A stretch of 64,000 nt of DNA, taken from positions 38,564,001-38,628,000 of the forward strand of contig OX597833.1 of NCBI GenBank assembly GCA_951406725.2, read 5' to 3'. Below, piece after piece: positions 53,566 to 64,000 of the stretch. This stretch comes from Octopus vulgaris. Lineage: Eukaryota. The notes below the pieces were generated by a model. The model was given only the letters and a program-made list of their open reading frames with translations, was not told where the DNA came from and searched no databases. How positions within the stretch are numbered: the stretch's first letter is position 1; the number at the start of each line of letters is the position of its first letter. Both the position numbers and the translations under genes were made by a program.

Positions 53566-53852
53566 CTAAATTGAAAAAACAAAAAAAAAATCACAGAAAG
53601 CAAAGAAAGAGTTGGTAATTTCAATATACATACATACATACATACATATATATATGAAATTTTGTGTAATGAGATAAGAAAAAAACCAAGGCCGTATAGA
53701 TATTAGAGCATAAATTTTTATCTCATTACGCAACGTTGAACCCTTTATTCGCAATATTACCAAATCTGGAACTTAACTATGGTCTGTCTATAGCACTTAT
53801 TCAGCATTACCTGACACCTTTGGGTCTCAATGACACCATTATCTCATATATG

Positions 53853-53882
<30 letters not shown>

Positions 53883-53883
<1 letters not shown>

Positions 53884-55156
53884 TGGGTCATCCCATAAAT
53901 AATGCGGTTTTTTCCATTTGCGTGAACTAAAAGACGGAGGGGGACGGGATGGACTACCTGCATCAACTTGCTATAAAGCAGGTAGTAATTTTACCTTGAA
54001 CTTATTCTTAGTGTAAATTTTGAATAGTGCAGTTCGATTTTAAGTTATTTTTTCAAATCTATAATAGAAGTGACAAAGGAGCATATTCGGCATATTTTGC
54101 TTTGAGCTCAATAAAGGCAAAAATGCAACGGAAAGTACGAGGAATATTAATGCAGTATATTAGGATCGGACAATAAGCGTAAGCCAGTATCAACGGTAGT
54201 TCTAGAAATTATGAACCGGAAACTACAGCCTAGAAAACGAGTCACGTCTTGGAAAATTTGTAGAGCTCGACGAGGACGTCCTGCAAACCCTGGTGGAACA
54301 AAATCCCATCGTAACTGTCGAGGAACTAGCAGAGAGGCTTGGATTTGGTCATTCAACCATTTATCGACACCTGCGTGCCATTGGAAAAGTGAGCAAATTG
54401 GGTCAACAGGCTCCTCACAAACTTTCCGAGTCTAATCACGCGCGTCGCGAGTGCATGTGTGCTCTTCTTTACTATTACATCTCACAAATGAACCTTTTTT
54501 GAACCGAATAGTGACTGGTGACGAGAAATGGTTTCTTTATAAAAATGTCAAACACCGAAGACTGGGTAGGGAAAGGAGAAACACCGGTACCCCAGGCTAA
54601 GGAAGGTGTTGCTATATTTTTGGTGGGATATGAAAGGTTTAGTCCACTTTGAACATTTAAACCCAAACCAAACGATAACAAAGGAGATCTACTGCGAGCA
54701 GCTTGAGTGGATTAAGTCAGCACTAGAAGAAAAACAACTATCTTTGGTTTTAAGACGAAAGGTGTTCTTCCATGAGGATAATGCTCGGCCACATACAGCG
54801 AGGATGACATTCCAAAGGCTGGAGCAGTTTGAATGGGAAACGATGCCCTACCCACCATATTTGCCGGACATTGCCCCATTTGATTATCATTTATTCCACA
54901 GTCTTCAAAGTCATTTGGACAGAAAATGTATGAATTCTGTAGATGTTACTCCAGTAACAGTATTGTTACTGGAAGAGTATCTTTTGTCACGGACAAGTGA
55001 ATTTTTGAAGCGGGGCCTTGCAAGACTACTAGATAGATGGGAAAGCATTGTAGAAAAAGGAGAGTATATTTTAGATTAAAAAAGAACTTAGTTTATCTTA
55101 ATTTTGAAAAATTAAAGAAGTATTTAAAAAATCGCATTATTTATGGGATGACCCAA
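53883..55156 (+). mobile_element. Full-length but defective mariner (DD34D) element in copy D intron 3
   Basis: TIRs TTGGGTCATCCCATAAATAATGCG / CGCATTATTTATGGGATGACCCAA set in TA repeats; IVTGDEKW, HEDNARPH and PYLPDIAPFDY motifs; frameshifts. Confidence 0.95.
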
Positions 55157-55170
55157 TATATATAAAATTA

Positions 55171-55585
55171 CTAGCTGAGTATACTGTCGTTGCTGGGTAA
55201 TTTTCAGAGTAGAAAGCCTTGGTGTATTTTCGGAGTAGTACACTCTCTTAAGTTGGATATTCTCCGTTTTGAGGAGGATGTTTCAAATTTCTTATACACC
55301 ACACCCCTGCAATTGATATGGGGGAAAGTTTTTATGAAAAAAAATGATTATGAATCTCCCCCACCTTCCAGAATAATTTTGTCCAATATTTTTTTGCCCT
55401 ACACATTTAAAAACAAAAGGAGACGCCTTTTCAGTAGAAAAAAAAAATTGAAAATATATGAAGTTTTTCAAACCTTGCTCTGTCACTCAGTGTCGATTTT
55501 GGCCATTTTTGTTTTGCACTACACACTTGAAAACGATAGGAGAAGCATTACAGGTCCTATATAGTTACCTCGGTCCTATATAGTC

Positions 55586-55590
<5 letters not shown>
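55171..55590 (-). mobile_element. Probable non-autonomous Helitron
   Basis: Minus-strand end acccagcaacgacagtatactcagCTAG|T resembles the other Helitron 3' ends. Confidence 0.5.
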
Positions 55591-55643
<53 letters not shown>

Positions 55644-55647
55644 CAAC

Positions 55648-55692
<45 letters not shown>

Positions 55693-55983
55693 CATACTCA
55701 TTAGTATTAAGGCAGGCCAATGCCTCTCATTAGGTCATTTCATTCTGTGTTCTTTAATTCAATGTTAAAGAAACCAAGACATAAAAAACTTCCTATAACT
55801 ATATACCAGTAATTAACTGCCAGTCCAATACCATTAAATTCTTCACCACTCACCATTCCTTCTTTTTAAAGATCATCACTTCATATCATCAAGTTCCAAT
55901 GTCAAATCAAACATTTTATTACTTGTCTATTTTTGTTTGTCATACATTCATAACTATTAGTGACAGGAAATTAAAGTACCTAC

Positions 55984-56162
55984 CTCTGGCAATATTGATT
56001 AAAGTTGCAGTCTTCTTCATTACGTGCAGTTCCTTGTGACCAATCAAATGATATGTTTGTGGTGTCAAAGCACAGGTAATCATAACATAGTCACACAATG
56101 GTAACATGTCCATCAAGCTACTATAAAACTGAGCATCCACATTTGCTTCTTCTTCTTCGGAC
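55984..56162 (-). CDS. 2-hydroxyacid dehydrogenase copy D, exon 3
   Basis: 179 bp, canonical splice sites, INIARG. Confidence 0.9.
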
Positions 56163-56739
56163 CTGTTGAAGAAATTGATTAATTCATTAATTGTGTATTC
56201 TAACCAAAATATTAACTAGTTTCTGGAATGTGTGTATGAGGAATAATATTTTGTTCTTACTTTTTTGCATCTATTTTTAGTATTGTAACGGATGGGTTTA
56301 CTTCTGGAATAAGAGCGGTGTTTGCAGTTAGAAGCACTTCCTACTACAAACACTCAGATAAGAAGTAGGTGTGGCTGTTGTGTTGTCAAGCAGACAGACA
56401 GTTCAAAGACAGAACTGTTGCATAAGTATCGTAAATACTAGTAAACTAGTAAAAGTTTATGCTGAATCTGAAATTATAGTAGAAGGGAGGTAAATTCCGG
56501 TATTTTTTTTCCGTGTTGATATTGGCTGGTCTAATATGGCAGGAAGCAGGTAGAATCATTAACACGCAGGACAAAATGCTTCACGCTATTTCTTCCGGCT
56601 TCACATTCCAAGATTAAATTCTGTCGAGGTCTACTTCGCTTTTCATCCTTTCGGGGTTGATGAAATGCATACCGGTTGAGTGCTGGGCTCGATGTAATAG
56701 ACTAGCCCTTCTCCACGAATTTCAGGCTTTGTGTCGATA

Positions 56740-57035
56740 CAGTGAAACCTCGCTTTACAAATTCATTCCTGAAGACCGTTCGACACTCGTAATGTTTGTC
56801 AACCGAAACTGTTCTCCCCATAAGGAATTCAAAAGAGGCGCAGGGGATTCAAGCAGAGATGTGCACTGACCGAAAGCTAGACAGTAACTGACACTCTCCC
56901 GCTGAAATTCTCAACTTGCTGCCAACCGTTGTTGTCGGCTTGCGGGTTCGTTATTTGAGACATTCTATGGTCAAAACATTGTTCGTAAACTGGTTTGTTT
57001 GTGATGAGAAGTGTTTGTAAACCGAGCCTTCACTC
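56740..57035. mobile_element. Tigger-type MITE inserted at the 3' end of a SINE (56540-56738)
   Basis: TA|CAGTGAAACCTCGCTTTACAAA...TTTGTAAACCGAGCCTTCACT. Confidence 0.7.
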
Positions 57036-57449
57036 TGGCAGAAAGGACATTGGCTGGTCTAACAAAAATAAACAAGTGTGCTCCAGAACAAATTGCTTTA
57101 ATATTTTATTGAGGTTAGCAGCCTTTCGTCCGTTTTTATGTTTTGGGTTCAAACACTGCACTTGGGCTCCATGATCTGCATTCTCGAGAGTACTGCTTCA
57201 TCTATGAGAAGGGGCCAAGCAATACAGAGATATAAGCAAAACCACAAATACCAGATCTTGTATTTGCCTGCTAGTTTTAATCTATCTATTCTTTTAGCCC
57301 ATCCTCGGTTCGTGTTAACATCTCAACGCCTCTCTTCTTATCAGAGAAGTTAACATATCGTCGTCTTAAGCTTATCATAGGATTGCCCTTAACTGTTGGC
57401 ATGGTTTCTCATGCTTATTTGTACTTTTTTTTTGCTTCTGCTGACTTTT

Positions 57450-59340
57450 GAGAAAAGTCAGATTACAAATGCCTTAAACCGCATTCTTGACCAACTAAGT
57501 AGAACGTCCAGTCTTTCCAGAAATATTTGGATTGGCTTTTGGCCTAATAAGATAAGGAAATAAAAGTAAAATTAGTCAGTGACCAGGTTAGAGAATAATG
57601 AGAGAAAAATATAAAAACAGAAAAGAAAAGTAGTATGTAAAGATTAGTAGAGATAATGGTGTATAAAATTATAAATAAATCTAGGCCACAATTGAAACTT
57701 ATCAAAGAAATTAATCCGAGGCAGACTGAAAGCTAGACATGTCAATTGGGAATGCTATGTCAGCAGGAAAACAAACCTCTTTCTTGTCTGTCACAAACAA
57801 CAATATCTGGTCTTGTGTTGATGTTTGAGCGTGTATTTGATAGCAGGGCGCTTTTCTATATCTATTCCAGGACAGTAATTTTTTTCAAAGTTCATTGTGT
57901 ACTGTTTTAGCGTCAACGCTGTGTTGCATAGGTAAGTAGCACCTTGATGAGATTTTTGGGCAACTGCTAATCACATGAAACGTGATATAATCTACATTTT
58001 CGGTTGCATCTTCAGGCTTTAAGGGCTTCATTGTTTCTTATGCTCACTAGGTGTTTCATAGCAATCTCCTGTTCTTGGATTGCAAATGCAAAGCATTCGA
58101 AGTGCGTTGTGATGCAGCAGTCAGGAGTCTAAGGTAAGTCGTATTTCTTGTCAATATCATTGTCTTCATGTCTTTGTGTCTGTATGCATGTGTAGTGACG
58201 CCGTTTTGGAAATCTTCAGCACGCATGCGCAGAGTTGGATTCTTCCAGGAGGCCTGCCGGAAGTTCCCTCATGCGCATACGCAGAAAACTAACAACAGCA
58301 AAATTTCCCGCGTATCGGTCTCTCGAACGCTGACAGTCGAACAGGACGGTCGTGTTGTAGCAGCTCTCTCAAACTGCTACCTCGTGGCGTTGCTACACTA
58401 TGCTTGAACGGATAGGATTTGGTTCACTCCACTTGACTACTGCGACGAGCTCCTAGGCTACCGATTCGTCCTGAAAGAAGAATGTATATATTGCAAATCC
58501 AGAAATAAAATATTTATGCTGTTGAAGTTAATCAGAAGTCTTGACTCTCCTTCGATTAATATTTTTATGTAAAGGATGAGAGCTGCACCCATCCAGTGTA
58601 ACAGACCGTTCATCCTGTTACATATGTATGCAAGATAATGCATAGTCTTCTTTGTTTGTAAGCTGAGCGTTTCACATTCAGGTCATCTTTGCTTCTCCAT
58701 CTTGTTTTGGGGTTGTATGGGAGGCCATCAGGAAGAGAAGCTCTCTAAGGAGCTTGTTGCTGATGAGTAGGATGTTGTTCTCTTCGTTTTTCATTACTAA
58801 GTTTATGTATATATTTTAACAGTTGCTATTTAGCAGATGTTATCTGAGAGAGGCTATACAATATTCAAAGGCCATCAGCACTGATCTCAAGTCTCATCTT
58901 CCTTCATCTCTTCTTAGTAAGAGCTTGTCGGTATCACTATTTCTGTGTGAGCTTCAAGTTGAAGCCAAACTCTTGCAGGTTCTAATGACTATGGAGTGGA
59001 TTTCTTCTACAATCCAGTGAAATATCCCAAAAGTCTGAATCAGTTCTAGTACCACAAATGCATTGTGAGATTTTGTCTTCTATAAAGAGAAGTCTGGTTA
59101 ATATTTTCGGATTACTCTATCTTTATTCACAGTGCCTTCATATGATATGTTTTCATCAATATTTTCGTATTTGTAGCATTCTTTGTGTGGGACAGGAGAG
59201 ATGGAGGCCGTTGATGCTCAGATTTTGGGCTTGAGGGAATGCTTTTCTCCATTCAGCAATCGAATGCGAGCATTTCTTTTGGCCAAATTCCATTCCTATT
59301 TCAGCTGTTTTTTGCATTAGTAACATTTATCACTTAAGTC
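57450..59340 (-). mobile_element. Decayed R4/Dong-clade element (RT 3' part plus RLE endonuclease)
   Basis: Homologous to 6100-7250 (GTAGAAGAAATCCACTCCA block); RPDIVVCDR..DIA.P RLE motif near 57750-57815. Confidence 0.7.
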
Positions 59341-59391
59341 ATCAGGTCATCCACAAACAAATTATGGGTTACATCGATACCTCTAATAGTT

Positions 59392-59537
59392 GTATGTATG
59401 TATGTATGTATGTATGTATGTATGTATGTATGTATGTATGTATGTATGTATGCATGCATGCATGCATGTATGTATGTATGTATGTATGTATGTATGTATG
59501 TATGTATGTATGTATGTATGTATGTATGTATGTATGC
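59392..59537. repeat. (TATG)n microsatellite
   Basis: Directly visible. Confidence 0.95.
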
Positions 59538-59546
59538 ATGTAGTGA

Positions 59547-59880
59547 AGGCGCGTGGCTCAGTGGTTAGAGCGTCGAGCTTACGATCGTGAGGTTGTGAGC
59601 TCGAATCCCGGACCGGGCTGCGTGTTGTGTTCTTGAACAAGACACTTTATTTCACGTTGCTCCAGTTCACTCAGCTGTAGACATGAGTTGCGACGTCACA
59701 GGTGCCAAGCTGTATCGGCCCTTGCCTTTCCCTTGGACAACATCGGTGACGTGGAGAGCGGAGGCCGGTATGCATGGGCGACTGCTGGTCTTCCATAAAA
59801 CAACCTTGCCCAGACTTGTGCCTCAGAGGGTAACTCTCTAGGTGCAAACCCATGGTCAGTGTCTGACCGAAGGGGGTCAC
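59547..59880 (+). mobile_element. tRNA-derived SINE family 3 (young copy)
   Basis: GGCGCGTGGCTCAGTGGTTAGAGC...GCTCGAATCCC head and CTTGAACAAGACACTTTA CORE-like block. Confidence 0.85.
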
Positions 59881-59999
59881 CAACACCAACATGTATGCAT
59901 GAATGTATAGTAAATGTAACTGATTTTCACCTTCAGCAGGCTTTTCTTATTTGAAGGATTTTAGAAGTCCTCTCCTCATAGAAAATGTTATAATGGAAC

Positions 60000-61133
60000 A
60001 GAGAGGACAACCTTTGCGACCTAGAAAAAAATCCAAAAAAACGCAGAACAGTCAGATATCAGTTGAAATCCCTCTTACCATCGTTGGTTTGCTCGATCCA
60101 GAAGTGGTCAGTGTTTCACAGCAAATATAATAAGGTTTATGAAGTTGCTTCCCTACATGTACCCGAGATCTTTCACTTGTTCAATCAAACTCTTTTATCT
60201 CTCACTCTCCATGGAGATATATGCTGACATTTGAACGTATGTTTCAATGTATCCAATTTCAGAGAGAGAGAGGGAAACCCTCGGACCCAGCCAAATTTTT
60301 ATAAGATTATAGAGATATCCATTAACAATGATGTTGTCGGTCATATTCAATCTCTCTTTCTCAGTCTCTCTCTCTCTCTCTCTCTCTCAATCTATCTATC
60401 TATCTATCTGTCTACCTTCCATGATTTCAACTTTTGAGCAAATCTATTAGAGACCTTTTATGCCACTCACCAGTGGGATCTGGCTTCAGCGAAGTTAGTG
60501 AAAACAATGTAGTTGCTCCGAACATCAGCAAAACCTTCATCTGTGTTTGGCATCCAACAACATCGATCCTTCATTCCTTCATAACCCTCTCGATCCATGC
60601 ATCATCTTCATGCAACCTAGTCACTGGATGATTAACTTGTATTGATCTTATAAACTGAGATCTTGAGAGTATCCCACAGTAGGGACATGTCAACCTTATC
60701 TCTTTTAAAAGAACTCCCACCAAAAAGACTCAAGCATTACTCATACCACTGCATCTCACACTCTCGAAACATGAATGGCACTTAGAATGAGCCTTCACAG
60801 TTGCCCCAAATGGTGGGCCTCATTATCACCAAGGTTCTCTCCTGGCAAAAGCACATCATTAGTACAGCTAGGATTACATCTCAATGACTAGCCCTTCTCT
60901 TTAACCCAAAAGATATATCAGTCTCTAACAGTTCCTAACACTCTACAAAATCCCATAGTAGGGGTACCCACATCTCGGTTTCTACAACTGTTACGCACAC
61001 TGACATATTGCCTCCACTGAAGGGCCACTTGGCTGATTAGCATTCTGTCATTAATGGACGCACTCAAACCTCTGGCCCTACAGGATTACTATTTCCACTT
61101 TCTTTCTCTCTCTCTCTCCTTCCCCCCTCTCTC

Positions 61134-61200
<67 letters not shown>

Positions 61201-61274
61201 GTCTGTCTGTCTGTCTACCTACCTACCTACCTACCTACCTACCTACCTACCTACCTACCTACCTACCTACCTAC

Positions 61275-61308
<34 letters not shown>

Positions 61309-61309
61309 G

Positions 61310-61342
<33 letters not shown>

Positions 61343-61670
61343 ATATCTCCCTCACTCACTCACTCATTCACTCACTTTTCTATTGCTGCTATAATGGTCT
61401 CTGCACTTTGGAGCAGGCTGGTCTCGTAGCCCCATCCACACTGCCCAGCCCTGTACCATTTGTCCATCCACCACTCATCACCCTTATTGCCCTCCTCTCT
61501 TTCCCTGCACAAACGACAACACCCATTTCTTCATCCCTAGAAATTTCTTCTCTCTGGAATCTCCTCCACACTCATGTCTTTCCTGCAACAGTTTAAACAG
61601 AACGTAAACAGCATCTATCTAACCAGTCTTTGAGAGCCTACAAGGATCATAGGTCATCCTCTTCCTTCAG
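60000..61670 (+). mobile_element. CR1/L2-like LINE remnant (longest version) with internal (CTAT)n/(CTAC)n
   Basis: Decayed RT; homologous to 20100-20760. Confidence 0.6.
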
Positions 61671-61756
61671 ACTCAAAAAGTATTTAAAATCCATGCATCT
61701 ATCCTTCAATTCACTTGTTGTAATGTCCCAAACACAAATCTAATTAAAGCACTCAC

Positions 61757-61931
61757 CTTTGCCTTCTTTGATGATACAACACCTTCATTTCAAAAGCATG
61801 AGCTCTGATTGCCAGCTTGTAGCCAATGGTTCCCATTCCAATTATTCCAATTGCATTTCCTGTGACGTCATGTGCCAAAAGTTCTGGTGGATACAAACTT
61901 TTTTTCAATGTCTTCGGAAAATATTCAGCAC
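61757..61931 (-). CDS. 2-hydroxyacid dehydrogenase copy D, exon 2
   Basis: 175 bp. DVTGNAIGIIGMGTIG. Confidence 0.9.
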
Positions 61932-62127
61932 CTGAAGATATATATATATATACACATCTAATGTAGGATAAAAATTTTTTTCGAAAAAATTTTATCAATG
62001 GCCAGCATATTAAAAAATACCTTTAAAGGTTAAATTTATAAACAACTTATAAATAAGGGCAAACGAAAAAAATTTCTAATGCCAAACATGCCGAAATTAG
62101 ACACATAGTCCATAACCATATATTTTA

Positions 62128-62400
62128 TCACAATACACACGCTACTCGAAAAAGGTCGAGAGAAATTTCTAAAAAATTCCGAGACACTACAATGTTCATC
62201 CTGATGCTGGAAATGTTCTTGCACCTCTCTTGCCCTTCTTGCTGAGAATCACCCATAAAATATATTTGAAGGAATTTTGGTGATTCATTTGAGAGAAGTA
62301 GTAGAGAGTCAATCTGATGATAAATCTGACCGTGGACCTTGAAAGTTTGCATGAATCCTGGCTCAGTTATATCTCTTGTGGCTCCAAATCATATCGTTTT
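62128..62400 (-). mobile_element. Helitron RepHel coding fragment
   Basis: FGAT...PGFMQTFKVHGQIYHQIDSLL....PKFLQIYF, typical of the RepHel N-terminal region. Confidence 0.8.
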
Positions 62401-62541
62401 TTCCCCACTTCTTCATAGTTAAAAGCAAAGAAGCCAGAAAAGATCGATCGCATTACAGTCTAATTGTCGATTCAAATGACTGAGGCTTTCCTTCCTCTGG
62501 CTCCATCGCTTCACTCCTTTTCTCTATGGTTAAGAGAGTGA

Positions 62542-63205
62542 AGGTACGTAGCTCAATGGCTAGAGGTATTCGGCCAACGATCGTAAAATCATGAGTACAA
62601 TTCCCGGTGGTGCGCTGTGTTCTTGAGCAAGATACTCTAATTCACCTTGCTGCAGTCCACTCAGCTGGCAAAAATTAGTTGTAGCTGTAATTGAAATGGG
62701 CCAGCCTTGTCACATTCTGTGTGAGGCTGAATCTCCCTGAGAACTACATTATAGAATGTATGTCTGTGGAGTACTCAGCCATTTGTGCGTTAATTTTACG
62801 AGTAGACTGTTCCGTTGATCAGATAAACAGGAACCACGTCGTCGTAAGCGATGGAGTGTCATTTTTTAAAAAGAGTGAAAGGAAAGGAAATGTTCCATAT
62901 CGTAAGGCAAAAAATATCAAGTGTTTAGTATAAACAGTGAAGGCTAAGACGAAATAATTGCGTTTCCGTTGTGTAGTGACTTCGCCTGGGACTCACTCTC
63001 AGTTTGATAACAACAGCCAGCACATCAGTGTTTATCTGGGGGCTTGGCCTCCAGATCTGTGAGACCCATAAATGCCAAAATGAGTTGTAGCTGTAATTGA
63101 AAGGGGCCAGCCTTGTCATATACTGTGTGAGGCTGAATCTCCCTGAGAACTATGCTAATGGTATGCATGTTTGTGGAGTACTCAGCCACTTGCGAGTTAA
63201 TTTTA
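62542..63205 (+). mobile_element. tRNA-derived SINE plus a partial duplicate of its body
   Basis: GGTACGTAGCTCAATGG head; 62677-62800 is repeated at 63083-63205. Confidence 0.7.
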
Positions 63206-63531
63206 TCCTCGTGTGGTAATGAAAAGTGAAAGTGACTTCCAATATTTGCTGTAGTTATTTGTCTTTGATTTAACAATGTGTCTGTGTATCTATGTATCAA
63301 CTTTTCTTTCGATCTATGTATCTACTGTCCCTCTCACTTTCTCTCTTTCTCTCTCACTTCCTCTGTATCCCATCCCTCCTTTCTCCCGCTTTTAATTTAA
63401 CAATGTGTGTATGTATCTATGTATTTACTTTTCTTTCGATGTGTGCATTAGTCTACTCCGAAAATACTGATAAACATTTTACCTCTCCCTTCAACGGTAG
63501 AAAAGTAACAGTAACATCCACAGCTATTTGC

Positions 63532-63535
63532 TGAG

Positions 63536-63603
<68 letters not shown>

Positions 63604-63618
63604 TGTGTGTGTGTGTGT

Positions 63619-63668
<50 letters not shown>

Positions 63669-63715
63669 CAGACAGACAGAATTACTGTCAAACAGACAGA
63701 CAGACAGATAGATAG
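63532..63715. repeat. (GATA)n/(GA)n/(GT)n/(GACA)n microsatellite
   Basis: Directly visible. Confidence 0.95.
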
Positions 63716-63984
63716 GCAACATATCTCTCTTCAACCTTTTCTTCCGTCAACCTGTGAAGTGTAACACATACCACAGATACGTACAAAAATAAAAACAAAA
63801 AAAACTAAGCGTATTAATATCATTGATAATAATAATTATGACGAAGGAGCATTAGCATTACCTTTAATTCACACACACACACATAATGAAGGAAGACTTT
63901 AATCAATTAGGTATTAAAAAAGGAGACAAACAAATCCCATCGTTTTTTTTGTGTCTTAAAAATTAAAAGGAATCATTTACTTAC

Positions 63985-64000
63985 ACTGAATGATTTTCCT
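63985..64000 (-). CDS. 3' end of copy D exon 1 (runs off the window)
   Basis: AGGAAAATCATTCAGT|gtaagt (RKIIQ), with an intron flank homologous to the other copies. Confidence 0.8.

Noticed and set aside
54606-55079. Mariner transposase ORF as a domesticated or active gene
   Set aside because: Upstream frameshifts and stops, a deleted segment, and a degenerate YSPDLAP motif.
59547-59620. tRNA-like sequence (also at 27094, 22260-22328, 62542)
   Set aside because: These are SINE heads continuing into SINE bodies; the acceptor stems are incomplete.

Overview
Eukaryotic, AT-rich, repeat-dense genomic DNA. Its SINE and microsatellite complement strongly suggests an octopus (cephalopod); this is inferred. 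The left end holds coding exons 1-2 of XRCC1 on the minus strand. The rest is a tandem array of 4-exon D-isomer-specific 2-hydroxyacid dehydrogenase (GRHPR/glyoxylate-reductase-like) genes, also on the minus strand. Copy A (13226-22863, 326 aa) and copy C (36133-45996, 327 aa) are complete. Copy D (53312->64000) runs off the window. There is also an inverted exon-1 pseudogene, a decayed exon-1 relic, and an extra exon 4 inside a ~3 kb near-identical duplication flanking a 100-N gap, probably an assembly artefact. The paralogues differ mainly in the substrate-binding segments while the cofactor/catalytic core is almost identical, and their relationships change exon by exon. Introns and spacers contain decayed R4/Dong, RTE, CR1-like, Penelope (with hammerhead-like motifs), Gypsy, mariner, Tigger, piggyBac and Helitron elements, MITEs, several tRNA-derived SINE families and long microsatellites. 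Most ORF-track entries are spurious.
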